Positions 13,200 through 28,077 of a stretch of 64,000 nt of DNA are shown here, in pieces. Both the position numbers and the translations under genes were made by a program. The notes under the pieces are model-generated. The model saw only the letters and a program-made list of their open reading frames with translations. It ran no database searches and was not told the origin of the DNA. The DNA comes from Octopus sinensis (taxonomy: Eukaryota), in NCBI RefSeq assembly GCF_006345805.1, contig NC_043004.1, positions 7,192,001 to 7,256,000 on the forward strand. Reading direction: 5' to 3'. How positions within the stretch are numbered: position 1 is the stretch's first letter; each line of letters opens with the position of its first letter.

Positions 13200-13619
13200 G
13201 AAAAATACAAACTGGGACAAGAACGTAAAGCATTTAGAAGACGATACAAAAAACACGGACGGGACATTCGAAGCCTTCAATCTTCAGTCAAGAACCGGAT
13301 CATCCCAGCAACCTCGGCTGATCAATCCCAAGATCGCTCCGATCCGGCCAGCCCCAAGGAAAAACCAAGCCACGAGCACCAGATTTCTTGGAAGAAGGAC
13401 CGAATGTACACGAAACAGGGACAGAAAAACGGAATATAAAACGGAATATAAAATACAAAAAACAATAATGGTAAAAACAGGACAAAAAACAGCGGGTGTC
13501 TTACGACTAATAAACAGTACAAGTTTAGCTGGCGTATTTGGAGAAAATGCCTTTATCGGCAGACGAAGACAACAGATGTTCTCACGGCAGTGGTCGGAGG
13601 CCAAAATGCTGATTTTCAC

Positions 13620-15990
13620 CAAGCTTTATGAAAATAAACAAAAGACGAAGGCAGGTGGAGTACAAACAAACAATTGTATTAGTATGGCGCTCAGGAATAT
13701 AAATAAAGCAAGTCTTTTACGTTTCGAGCCTACGCTCTTCAACAGAAAGATACACAGAAAAGAAACACGGAGAGAAACAAGGAGAGAAAAAAATGCGTGC
13801 AGAAGCTAGCGATTCAACATGGCGATCTGATTCCGGCCAGAAGTCAAAGATCAAACGTGAGACACAAGAGCGAAAATAGGGGAGATAACAGGGTCAAATG
13901 ACTTCGCCCCAACATAAGGGTGCGTGTGTGTATGAGAGAGTATGTAGTGCGTATGAAAGTTCTGGACGTGTATATGTATGTTGTGATGTGTAATGTCGTA
14001 TGGTGTAGTGTAGAGAGAGGAGATGAGGGGGAGAGGGGAGGAGGATGGAGGAGAGATGAGGGGGAGGGTGAGAGGGCAGAGAGAGAGGAAGAGGGGGGAA
14101 AAGGAAAGAGGAGAAGAGGAGGGAGAAGGGGAGAAGAGGAAAGGTGAGAGTGAGGAGGGGGAGATGAAGGGGGAGGGTGAGAGGGGGGAGAAAGAAAGAA
14201 GGAGGGGGTGAGGGTGAGATGAGATCAGATGAGGGGGGAGAAGGAAAGAGGAGGGAGGAGAAGGGGAGAAGGAAGGAGAGGAGAAGAGGAGGGGGATGGG
14301 AAAGGAGGAAGAGGAGCAGGGGGAGGATAGGGGGAGGGGGAGAGGGGAGGAGGATGGAGGAGAGATGAGGGGGAGGGTGAGAGGGCAGAGAGAGAGGAAG
14401 AGGGGGGAAAAGGAAAGAGGAGAAGAGGAGGGGGATGGGAAAGGAGGGAAGAGGAGCAGGGGGAGGATAGGGGGAGGGGGAGAGAGGGGAGTGAGGGAGC
14501 AGAGAGAAAGAGAGAAGGGGAAGAGGGAAGAAGAAAGAGGAAAGAAGAGGAGGGAAGAAGGGAAGAGGGGGAAAGAGAGTAGGAGTGAAAAGATGAAGGA
14601 CTGAAGAGACTTAGGAGTCGGGGGAGGAGGTTAGAGGAGGAGGGGGGAGAGTTGAGACCAAATGGCGTAAAAGAGCGAAGAGAGAAGATTAATCCCTGTT
14701 TACGGCCGGCGCAAACGGGAATCCGGATGGCCTCTGTGCAAGGACAAACCAAACACAGACAGGTGTTGCAAGGAATGACCGGTGGAGCGGAAATGGCGTG
14801 AGACCGGTGTGTCGTTGGCAAGGCGGATGTCACGGAGGTGTTCCGCGAACCGGTCAGCCAAGCGGCGTCCCGTTTGTCCGATGTACAGGGAATGGCAGAG
14901 AGAGCAAGAGATGCAATAGATGATATTGCTGGAGGTGCAGGTGAAGGAGTTGATGATGCGATAGGGTCGATGATGGGTGCCAGTGAGGAGGGTTGTGTTG
15001 GAGAGGTAAGGGCAAGTGCAGCAACGTGGGCGGGAGCAGGGGAACGAGCCAGGTTGGGAGGTAGGGTCAGGGAAGGAGCTGTGGACCAAAAGGTCTCGTA
15101 GGTTATGGGCTCGTTTGAAGGAGGGGAGGGGTCGGTTAGGGAAGAGGTGTGAAGTGGACGGGTCGGACTGGAGATGCCGGAAAGCTCGAAGAATAGTGCG
15201 TTGGAGAGGTAGGGTCGTGGGGTGGTAAGTGAGGGGAAAAGGGAGGCGGGAGACTACAGGGCGGGTTCGAGGGGAGAGAGCAGATGCACGGTCTACGGAA
15301 CGTGCTCTGGCAAGGGCGGTGTGGATAGTGGTGAGGGGGTATCCACGTAGGATGAAGTGGCGAGCCATGCGTTGAGACTGAGTCTCAAAGTAATGGTCGT
15401 CTCTACAGAGCCTACGTAGACGGAGGAATTGGGAATAGGGGATGGAAAGCTTGGTGTGTTTTGGGTGGGAGGAAGAGAAGTTTAGGTATGAGTGTGAGTC
15501 TGTGTTTGTAGTGAATGGAGGTGGTAAGAGTGGAGTGATGAATGCTAACCGAAATGTCGAGGAAGGAGACAGAGGTGTTGGAGATAGTGGAGGTGAAGTG
15601 GAGGGCAGGATGGAAGGAATGAACGAAAGAGAGGAAGGAATCTAGATGTTCACGGGATAGTGAGGTGGCACCGATAATGTCGTCAATGTAACGACCGTAT
15701 AGTTCGGGAGTGGGACCAGTGAAATTAGAGAATATTTGGGCCTCAACATAGCCAACGAACAGGTTCGCATAGTTGGGGCCCATTCGCGTTCCCATGGCCA
15801 CTCCCGAGACTATTGGTAGAACTCGCCCGCGAACGAGAAGCAGTTAAGAGAAAGGACAAGTTCGGCCAGACGAATGAGTGTGGAGGTGTCGGGTTCGGGG
15901 TTGGGGCGGAGGTCGAGAAAGTGTTGAAGTGCCCGCAGTTCTTCGTGGTGAGGTATGACGGCTCTGGATGTCCATTGTAAAAAGTATTTT
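13620..15990 (-). mobile_element. Penelope-like retroelement (RT plus C-terminal GIY-YIG), 5' truncated, frameshifted
   Basis: ORF 15412..15801 AMGTRMGPNYANLF..YIDD..FLD; ORF 14700..15368 CSRPRCCTC..NIIYCISC..LYIGQTGR..RFAEH; polypurine 3' region; terminal repeat 13620-13810 shared with 44280-44450. Confidence 0.9.
13713..13750 (-). ncRNA. Minimal type I hammerhead-like motif in the Penelope terminal repeat (core CUGUUGA)
   Basis: Minus strand: UCUUU CUGUUGA A GAGC guag GCUC GAAA CG U A AAAGA; stems I and II pair, stem III is the palindrome ACGU. Confidence 0.7.
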
Positions 15991-16934
15991 GGAGGAGCCG
16001 GCCAGGGTTGTTGGGTTTGTGGATTGTAGATTCAGATGAATATGGTATTTAAGTTGAGGCACCAGAATTTAGTACAGTATTATCCATACAATTTCAAAGT
16101 AAGGTGATTAAAATCAAAATAAGCAACAAGGATATCCAAAAGTAATTCAACTCCATTTAATTGAACAATGCAATCATTACATCAATTTAAAATGCAGAGC
16201 AATCCTCAGCTGCACAAAGACATAGAATTTAATTAAATTAGAACAGATTCACACATTAGTATAATTATACCTAAATTCTCCAAGGGGTTAAGGAGATAGA
16301 CAAAGAACATGCTGTCTCCACTCCAGCATAGAAGTTACTAAGTTATCAAGAAGATATACATTGTTACAGACTCTGCCTGTCACTGATTTTTTTTTGTTTT
16401 TATGGGTTCAGTTTTAATTTATAGACTAGTTTATCAAATCCTTATATATCTGAGAGAACAGAGGGCAGTATCTGTTAGGGGTAGGGCTGAGAGAGCAGAC
16501 AGAAATCATAGTTGGTATAGTCATATAAATCAAGATTTATTAGAAGCAATATCATGAGGTTTGGTAAAGAAAGCTTAAACAAGATGTTAGCAGACAATTA
16601 AGGGGGTCACCCACTAGTAGATCATTGATAATGAAATAGGGGAAGTCTTATCGTGTAGTACTATAGTCAAATATTTTAAACAATGTTGCTATATTGTATA
16701 CAGTTAAAGTTTAGGGTTATTCAGAGGATTATTAAGAATATTATAACAAAAGGGAGTATATACTAAACTTTTATCACGATAGAGGGAGGAAAAGAAATTA
16801 TCCAGAAATAGTTTAATATTTATGCATATTGTACACTTAAATACTAACTCATCAGATGGTATCTGTGAATATTGATTAATTGGTGTATACCGGTATTAAT
16901 AAAGGAGTATTGAGGCAAAAGAACATGATAATTA

Positions 16935-18121
16935 TCTTTATATATATAAAACTGAGAATGTGTGTGTGTGTGTCTGTCTGTCTGTGTGTTTCCCTAAAAC
17001 TTGAGAACTACACAACCAATTTCATTTAAATTTTACACATGCCTTACTTAGGGTCCAGGGAGTGTCATCGGCAAAAGATTTTTAAAACTTTTTGCCTAGG
17101 GCGAGCCCACAGCAATATCATATCTTCTCCACTACGATTCCCTAAAACTTGAGAACTACACAACCAATTCCATTCAAATTTTACACATGCCTTACTTAGG
17201 GTCCATGTAGTTTCATGGGCAAAAAAAATGTTCAACTTCTTGCCTAGAGCAAGCCCATAGCAATAACATATCTTCTCCACTATTTCAGTATTACATGTTA
17301 AAAGTGAAACAAAAACATTTCTCTATTTTATGTCAGATACTTTCACTTTAACAATAAAAATAATAATAACAATTGAATTATATGTAGTAAGTAATAATTA
17401 AATCAAACTAAAGTATAATATAATCGTAACAAAACAAAAGTAAAAATAGCAATTGGTACAAAATTGCATCAATGACTTGAATTTGAATAAGTGGTTTCAC
17501 ATGAATGGGAATAAATTAAAAATAAAATTAGCCTGCAGAAATGGAATAGTCCTGATGGATAATAAAAAATAAAATTAAAGAAAAGACTATTGTCTATAAA
17601 GTATAGAATGTAGAGAAAAAAGATTTGAACACATGGAGGAAAGCACCTTCGAAAAGTGTCTTGGTGCGACTATGAAAGGTATCTAATCAGAGGCGGTTAA
17701 TTCGCCACAATAGAAGCAAGGTTCGAGTCAACGGAGCGTGCAAGGGAGTACTCGACTCGAACTTGCAAAGTGAAATATTTTATTTTTACCTTTATATCTG
17801 GGATGTAGGACGTCCTGTAAAAAAATTTTAAATGCCCCCCCCCCAGAAGTAGAGGTAGGCTGGATTGTAGCCACACTTCTATACAAGAGGGAGGACAAGA
17901 TACAATTGATCGAAATTACAAGAGACGGGCTAACAATTCCAGTCTGTTATATATTTTGAGTATTGTTATCACTAGCGATATCAAGATATAACTTTGTATT
18001 TTGTATTTTATGTGTAGATGTATAAAAATATATAGATGTACATGTAATATGTACACATATATATACACATATATACATGCACTAGCACTATGACCTGGCA
18101 ACGACGGGTCTTTAATGCTAG
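16935..18121 (+). mobile_element. Non-autonomous Helitron
   Basis: 5' A|TCTTTATATATATAAAACTG; 3' hairpin GACCTGGCAACGACGGGTC followed by CTAG; internal ~150-bp duplication (~16990 and ~17140). Confidence 0.75.
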
Positions 18122-19110
18122 AGTATTAATAAAATTATAATCTAAGCAGTTTTTTTATAAGTTGTGAATATACCAGTATAGTTTTATATAAGCAAAGTAT
18201 GAATTTATAGAGATACAAAAATTAGGTTAATTTTATAAATAAATAAAGGCTAGTTATAAAATAATAAAGAAATAAAATAAAATAATCAAGTAGGGCAGAA
18301 CACCGTAGACAAGAATAAATTAGCTTAATTATTAATACTATGGTAAAGTATACATAGCTAATTAACACCAATAGAGAAGATTTATAGAAAAAGTATAATA
18401 ATTCAAAATATATTAGACTAAAAATTATATATTTACTTATTTAGCTAATATCAATAAAGGATTGATGTCTGATATCATCTAAAGTAATATTTAAGTTATG
18501 GAACAATCATATTTTACACTAATCCTTTTTTTAAAAACTAAAGGTTATATTATAGGTTTAAGAAGTTATTATTATTACTCCCTACATGATATTTATAGTT
18601 TCTTAGTGATACTTGTTTAGAAGGGTTATTTATATAAAGGACCTTATAAATACTAAGATCAGGAGGGTAGAGCCATTTAAGAAAGAGATAAATCAAGTAA
18701 TTTCTAAAGATTATTTCAAACAATATTGTCTTATTGTATAAAGTTAAAATTTAGGGTAATCAAGGAGATTATTAGGAATGAAATTTTAACGAAAGGATAA
18801 AACTTCTTTGAATATTTTGAGTATATATACCAAATTTTTACCACAATAGAGGGAGGAAAAGAAAATTGCAAAGAAATAACTTAAAATTTATTTATTTATT
18901 ACTTATCTAAATATTAACTTATTATATGGTTTCTATTGGATTTAACTGGTATTTAATAAGGGAGCAACTGAGGTTAAAGAACATGTTAACTATCTACTGA
19001 TTTAATTAAATTGAACTATTTTAAGTTGTTGAGATACCGGTATTACCTTATATAAGCTGAGTATGAATTAATAGTGGTATAAAGGTTAGATTTATTTAAG
19101 GCTACTATAA

Positions 19111-19178
<68 letters not shown>

Positions 19179-19194
19179 TAATAATAATAATAAT

Positions 19195-19253
<59 letters not shown>

Positions 19254-19255
19254 TA
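19111..19255. repeat. (TAA)n microsatellite
   Basis: Direct reading. Confidence 0.95.
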
Positions 19256-21593
19256 AAATGATTAGTTAGGTAGAACCTCATAGAAAAGGAATAAAGACAG
19301 CCTAATTAATCACTAAAAACCATAATAAAATATCCAAAATTATCTTCAATAGCAAATATTTATAGAAAATGTATAATAATTTAAGTATTATGAACTAAAA
19401 ATTGTTAATTAACTTATTTAGTTTATTATAATCAGGACTGAAACCCAGTATTGGTTAAAAGAATAATTGTTCTTAAAAAGATATGCTAATTATATACTAA
19501 TATTAAATTAAGAGTTATAATATAGATTTTAAAAGTTATTTGTGTTAATCCATAAATGATGTTAGAGTTTCTTCGGGGTACTTAATTAGAAGGGCTGTTT
19601 GTATAAAGCCAATATAAATACCAAAATTAGGAGGACAGAACATTTTAAGAAAGGGATAAAAAAACTTAGTTACTAAAACTGTTTTAAACAATATGTCATT
19701 ATTGTATAAAGTTAAATTTAGGGTTATCAGGAAGATTTATCATTGAGGTAAGAGAACAAATTTACTATAAATGACTTAAATCATAATCTAAGTAGTTTAA
19801 TTTAAAGTTGTGAAGATACCCATATTGTTTTTTATGAGCTAAGTATGGATTTATAGGAGTACAAAAATTTAGGTTTATCTAAAGGCAATTATAAAGTATT
19901 AAAATGATCGGGAAGGGAAGAAACACCATAGAAAAGGATATAAAATAGCTTAATCACAAAAATCATGATGAAGTATATATACAACTTAGTAACTTCGATA
20001 GAGAAGATTTATAAAAAATATGTAATAATTCAAGTATTTAAAACTAAAAATTTTTTTATTTACTTAATTAGCTTGTATCTATAATCACTGATACCCAGTA
20101 TTAACTAAAGGAAAATTAATGCTGTAGGGCATGGTACCTATGCACTGATTTTAAACTAAGAAGTACATTATAAGTTTTAAAACTCAAGATCAATAAAGTG
20201 CTACTTTCTAAAATATTTGAAGGTACGGGTGGAGCTATGTACACATGATACCCTAAGGTCAAATCGATTATTAATCAGGTTGCCATTATCTTTATGCTTA
20301 AAAACTTCATGTTTCCATAAAGCAAAGCTCACACCCATATCTGCTATTTCTATAAGGCTGAGCTATTCTTATTATTTCCCATTTGAGGCTAAATCCAAAC
20401 CCACTTTCTTTCAATTCCCAAATCTTACTGGATAATGACATACAATTCGCTTTAACTTCAAAGGATGACATGTAATTGTATATACGCTGTTTCAAATTAA
20501 TCGAACAACCAAAGTAAATATAATTATTAGTTGTAGTTATTATTGTGCATTTATATACTACGTTCTGGGTAAGACATCGGCCTAATAACGGACAGTGGGA
20601 TTTAACTCTACAATTGCAACTTGGAGAATTATTATTATTAATATTAGTATTATTAAGATTTAAATTATTATTTATATTTTTATTGTTAATATTTTTGCTA
20701 TTAATAATTCTATTATCAAGTATGTTATGTTTTACCTCAATACTCCTTTATTAATACCAGTATATACCAATTAATCAATATTCACAGATACCATCTGATG
20801 AGTTAGTATTTAAGTGTACAATATGTATAAATATTAAACCATTTCTGGATAATTTCTTTTCCTCCCTCTATTATGGTAAAAGTTTAGTATATACTCAAAA
20901 GTATTCATAAATTTCTATCCTTTTGTTATAATATTCTTAATAATCCTCTGAATGATCCTAAACTTTAACTGTATACAATATAGCAACATTGTTTAAATTA
21001 TTTGACTATAGTACTACACGATAAAACTTCCCCTGTTTCATTATCAATGGTCTACTAGTGGGTGACCCCCTTAATTGTCTGCTAACATCTTGTTTAAGCT
21101 TTCTTTACCAAACCTCATGATATTGCTTCAAATAAATCTTGATTTTTATGACTATACCAACTATGATTTCTGTCTGCTCCCTCAGCCCTACCCCTAACAG
21201 ATACTGCCCTCTGTTCTCTCAGATATATAAGGATTTGATAAACTAGTCTATAAATTAAAACTGAACCCATAAAAACAAAAAAAAAATCAGTGCCAGGCAG
21301 AGTCTGTAACAATGTATATCTTCTTGATAACTTAGTAACTTCTATGCTGGAGTGGAGACAGCATGTTCTTTGTCTATCTCCTTAACCTCTTGGAGATTTT
21401 AGGTATAATTATACTAATGTGTGAATCTGTTCTAATTTAATTAAATTCTATGTCTTTGTGCAGCTGAGGATTGCTCTGCATTTTAAATTGATGTAATGAT
21501 TGCATTGTTCAATTAGATGGAGTTGAATGAAACGATTGTACTGCATTGCCTCTGGATATCCTTGTTGCTTATTTTGATATATATATATATATA

Positions 21594-24037
21594 TATTTGT
21601 AAAAAATGAAGTTCGAAAATGCTGCTGTATTATACAATTTTTAATTTTTATATATACATTATAACATGTTTCAGTTCCTGAAATGAACCTTATCAAAAAA
21701 AGTTATATATAAAAAAAGACAGCTCATGCCGTCAAACACAAGAAATTCATTTATAATACACAACGGAGTCAGACATCTTAGAGTTCATGTATAGTTGATA
21801 TATAGTTCATGTATAGTTGATATATAGTTTGAAGTATATGTTCAAAGTGTTCGATGCAGTGGCCCACGGTGGCGATACGTATTCAATACAAAAAACAGAT
21901 CAAAGTGGTGGAAAGCGGTCAATACAGAAGATTGATATTTCCGAAAGAGCGAGGAATTCATTTTTACCTTAAGCAATTGTGATGACCTATGGTGGAAGTT
22001 CGCTGTGTGGTTCTAGTGAGTTTTTGTGAAATGCTCGGTTTTATAATGCCTGTTAGGTGGTCAATCTAGCGTAGCGTGACGTCATCAATGTTTTGACCAA
22101 TCGTTTCGTTAGGTGGCTTTAATCAAGTAGAACGGGACGTCATCATTATTTTGACCAATCGCTGCATTATAACTCCCTCTTGTTTGTTTCCTGTTTTGAC
22201 CAGTCGCTTCGTTAGTCAAGTAGAACGGGACGTCATCATTATTTTGACCAATCGCTGCATTATATCTGCCTCTTGTTTGTTTCCTGTTTTGACCAGTCGC
22301 TTCGTTAGTCTAGCAGAGCGGGACGTCATCCAGATTCTGCCCAATCACGACTTATAGCTACATTAGATCTGCCCCCTGTCTGTACTTGTTAGGTGACTAT
22401 TCAAGCAGAAAAGGACGTCATCAATATTCTGACTAATGACTGTCCCCTGTTTGTATCCTGTCCATTCTAGCAGAGCTAGACGTCATCAACTTGTTGACCA
22501 ATCAGAATCGGGTCTGACCCTTAGCTGTATCGTATGTATCAGGGTCAGATTTGCACGAAAGAATTTTTTTCCTTTTTTACTAAGGCATATTTCCGTCAGA
22601 GTGAGTGTCTGTTTGAAGTAGCAGCCGTGGTGGAATTTTGCTTCTCCTTTCCGGAGGACTTATCTTTTGTTTTAGTATTCCTGGCCCAGGGTGTTTAAAC
22701 TTGGTCTAAATTTTTTTATGAAATATAGTTCTTTATTTTGGCGTTGTGTGAAGGTTGCGTTGTCACTGAATTTATAGAGCGGGTTAGTTGTAAATTTCGG
22801 ATTTACATTTCCAGCACATCTATCTATGTGTCCGCTGACCGGTATTTTGCGGTAATCAGGGTTTCTAATTTGTGATTTATGCACCGCCATCCTGTTACGT
22901 AAGCTATTTTTGTATGGCCTATATACTGCCTATTGCAGCCTGCGCATGTTATGACGTAAATTAAGTTTTCTGATGCGCAGGTGAAGTTTGTTCTAATGGT
23001 GAACTGGTGGCCTTGTTCCAGTATAAATTCTGATCCTTCTTTCAAGATGACACAGATTCCGCAGTTGGGCCTTCCACATTTTCTAACTGCTGGTTTTGTG
23101 GTTGATGTTGAGTGCAGTGTAGCTTGGGTTAAAATCCTTTTCAAGGATTTTGGTTGCCGTTTACTTTTAATGATGGTGTGTGTTTCGAGGATCCGGTTCA
23201 TCTTTGGGTCTCCCTTTAGTAGGGCTGTGCTTTGTAGTATGGTGTTGAAGGCCTCATTGTTGAGTGGGTTGTGTGTAGAGATGTAGGGAAGGGTTTTTAA
23301 TTGTTCTTTCTTTTTTGGTTTTGTTTGTCTCAGGTCTTCTATACTTAATTTAAGTACCCGTTGGATTGCACTGTCTATTAGGGGCTGTGGATAGTTTCTA
23401 TTTGTGAGTGTGGTTCTAAGTTCCTGGAGACGTGTGTGTCGGGTGTTTGTGTCTGATATTATGGTGCAAATCCTTCTAGCTAAACAAAAAGGGACATTCA
23501 TTCTAGTGTGTCGTGGGTGGCATGAATCAAAGGGTAGGTACTGTTTAGAGTCTGTCGGTTTATAGTAGATATCTGTCTCTATTTTGTTGCCGGTTTTCTT
23601 AATGAGGATGTCTAAAAATGGTAATTCTTTTTCGTTGTGGTCCATCGTGAATTGTATATTGTCATTTATTCCATTTAATAGAATTTTAAATTCCTCAAGT
23701 TTCTCTATGCCTTTGTCCCAGATGATGAAACAGTCATCGAGGTATCTTTTCCAGTTGTTATGGATATAGGTGGCGAAGGTGTTTCCATATTTCTCGAGTG
23801 TCATCCGGTATAGTATTTTCTCGAGGTATCCCATCACTAGGTTGGCAAAATATGGTGCAGTACGCGTGCCCATCGCTGTTCCCGATCTTTGCCTGTAGAA
23901 ATCATTGTCAAAAATAAAATATATAACTTTTTTTGATAAGGTTCATTTCAGGAACTGAAACATGTTATAATGTATATATAAAAATTAAAAATTGTATAAT
24001 ACAGCAGCATTTTCGAACTTCATTTTTTACAAATATA
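21594..24037 (-). mobile_element. Penelope-like element (RT plus GIY-YIG), 5' truncated, with ~120-bp inverted terminal repeat
   Basis: ORF 22824..23873 MGTRTAPYFANL..RYLDD..LPFLD..SCHP..CGRPNCGIC..NLIYVITC..YIG; ORF 22672..22890 completes the endonuclease; 21594-21710 is the reverse complement of 23919-24037; flanked by (TA)n. Confidence 0.92.
22070..22510. repeat. Degenerate ~60-90-bp tandem repeats in the Penelope 3' region
   Basis: GACGTCATCA..TTGACCAATC recurs about 6 times. Confidence 0.8.
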
Positions 24038-24062
24038 TACCTACTCGTATACGAGCTAATCC

Positions 24063-24109
<47 letters not shown>

Positions 24110-24217
24110 TACACACATATATATATACAATATAATATATATATATATATATATGTAATATATGCATGTATATATATATCTATATATCTATATCTATATA
24201 TCTCTCTCTCCTCTTTG

Positions 24218-25740
<1,523 letters not shown>

Positions 25741-25764
25741 TAATATATATATATATATATATAT

Positions 25765-25920
25765 TTGAGGGCTTCTTTCAGTTTCCGTCAACAAATCCAC
25801 TCAGAAGGCTTTGGTCGGCCCGAGGCTATAGTAGAAGACACTTCCCCAAAGTACCATGCAGTGGGACTGAACCCAGAATCATGTGGTTGAGAAGCAATCT
25901 TCTTACCACACAGCCACTCC
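25765..25920 (-). mobile_element. 5' (head) half of a family C SINE
   Basis: Matches 5270-5427. Confidence 0.8.
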
Positions 25921-26156
25921 TGTCTCTCTCTCTCTCTCCCTCTCCCACTCTCTCTCTTTGACTAATTGTCTGTCTGTCTCTCCGTCTATCAATTTATATA
26001 TCTGTCTGTTTAACTATCTATATGCAAGTGTGAATATGAGTGTGAATGTATGCGGGAAGTAAAATGTATAAAATGCAAAAGGCAAAAGAAAAAAGAAGTG
26101 AAAATGAAAAAAAAATCAACACATAGATCTAGCATGCAGTAATACATATAATATAT

Positions 26157-27200
26157 TGTTGTGAATAGTTCAGCTGGTATAGTACTTCTTGACCTACTTT
26201 GCTTGGGGTGGAGACTGAAAGTCTACAATACAAAGTTATAGTCCTTTGTTTTAGAAAGAGTAATGAGCCTTTAGGGGACCTTTGGCCTTGTGCCGGCCAG
26301 GGAAAGTTCGTTGTAGACACCCCTTAAATAAGCAGTTCAGTTTGTGAGTGGGAGAGACAGTCGGCATTTGGGAATCAGGGCGGACAGTCAGGATTTGGGA
26401 TTCAAGGCAAGCAGTTGGCAGTTGGATTGTACAGCGAGTTAGTAATGGTTTGTTCTGCTGTGACAGAGAGAGATATACAGAGTATTAGGCAGCTAATAGA
26501 GATGGAATACAATGTGAGGCATTGGCTGATGTAACGGTATGTGTTAATTGTATGTTTTGATATGTGAATTATGTAAAGAGACTATAACGAACTGTTACAG
26601 AAGTGAGTAAAGGACTTGTTGATGTGTTGATTATTGAGTTGTGTTACCTATGTAAAAGAAAGAGAGAAAAAGAAAGGCTCTGTTGTAGTCTTTAATGAAC
26701 ATTGAACATATATGCCTTTAATGTGATTTGAACTGTAACGTTAATGTGATTTGAAACAGAACTGTTGTCTCCGGACTGTATATTGCATCAATCTGAACCG
26801 TTATTGTACCCGAATGCTGTGATCTGTTGTATACCTGTATTGATTTGTTGTTTTCTTGAAATGCTGTTGTTATTGCATTTGATGTGTTGTTACTTGCATG
26901 TATTTCCTCTTTGATGTATCTGATATGTATTTGATGTTGTAACAATTATAAAGTGTTATAAACTAGTAGGTTAAATGTAAGCCAATTGCCTTCCGCTGTG
27001 TTTCTTTGTGCCTCTGTGTCTCTTCCTGCAGCTGTTGTTGTTGTTGTTGTCTCTCTCCTCTCTGAGTTCCGTGGCGAACATTCGCCAATCGATCGGGCCT
27101 GGTCAATCGTCGTCTCTCGACTTGTTGGGATCCCGAGTTCGAGTTTGAGCGACGGCAGGTGGGATTCCGTAACAGCTTTCGTTGGAAGTTCCTAACAACA
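26157..27200. mobile_element. Probable solo LTR (~1.04 kb)
   Basis: TGTTGT...ACAACA termini; no convincing ORF; no perfect TSD recognised. Confidence 0.5.
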
Positions 27201-27571
27201 TATTATCAATGCCATCCACAACCTTTCGATCCTGTATGATACTTTTATGAGTTATAACAGTATTTAACGATCCATTGTGACCTATCACAAAACGCAACAT
27301 GATGGCAACCACGTCTTTCTAATGATGAAGCCTAGAAATTCTCGAAACGTAAATAGATTTTATACAATATTGATCTGAATTAAACGTAAAAACGAATAAA
27401 GAACTGTGAAAAATTCCTGTAAAGATCACACACGGGAACAGATGTGTCCTTGATGCAACATATTTGAAGGAAAAGCTGTTCCACACACAAACACGCGCAT
27501 ACACATAAACTCACTACATAAGTATATATATACGCACACACATATATTTCATGTATTATACGTATAAAATG

Positions 27572-27620
<49 letters not shown>

Positions 27621-27621
27621 G

Positions 27622-27959
27622 TGAAGGCGCATGGCTCAGTGGTTAGAGCGTCGAGCTTACGATCGTGAGGTTGTGAGCTCGAATCCCGGACCGGGCTGCG
27701 TGTTGTGTTCTTGAGCAAGGCACTTTATTTCACGTTGCTCCAGTTCACTCAGCTGTAGAAATGAGTTGCGACGTCACTGGTGCCAAGCTGTATCGACCTT
27801 TGTCTTTCCCTTGGATAACACTGGTGGTGTGGAGAGGGGAGGCTGGTATGCATGGGCGACTGCTGGTCTTCCATAAACAACCTTGCCCGGACTTGTGTCT
27901 AGGAGGGTAACTTTCTAGGTGCAATCCCATGGTCATTCATGACCGAAGGGGGTCTTTAC

Positions 27960-27962
<3 letters not shown>
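27622..27962 (+). mobile_element. tRNA-derived SINE
   Basis: TGGCTCAGTGGTTAGAGCG A box and GCTCGAATCCC B box; inserted in (TA)n. Confidence 0.85.
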
Positions 27963-28000
<38 letters not shown>

Positions 28001-28077
28001 TGTTCAAGTCTTAATTCCGATAACTACTTCTGCACTTTCAACAAATATCACAAATATTTCCTCAGAACCTGAAAATG

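Larger units (their letters stand above)
16113..21578 (-). mobile_element. Penelope-like element: GIY-YIG end, long AT-rich 3' region, ~800-bp terminal inverted repeat
   Basis: Minus strand 20307-20620 reads CNCRVKSHCPLLGRCLTQNVVYKC..IYFGCS..KQRIYN..LSSKIWELK..LKWEII..CELC. 16113-16915 is the reverse complement of about 20735-21578. Confidence 0.8.

Noticed and set aside
13262-13295. Minus-strand CUGAAGA..GAAG/CUUC..GAAUGUC hammerhead-like string
   Set aside because: No GAAA, no loop room in stem II, and no stem I pairing.
13920-14833. Arg/Gly/Glu-rich and Ser/Pro/Leu-rich ORFs
   Set aside because: Low-complexity polypurine tract in the Penelope 3' region.
27318-27358. AUGAUGAAG..CUCGAAACGUA hammerhead-like remnant
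   Set aside because: C3 is missing and stem II does not pair; too decayed to call.
27622-27700. Possible tRNA genes at SINE heads (also 2195 and 56169)
   Set aside because: A/B boxes run into SINE bodies, some with TSDs; no complete cloverleaf recognised.
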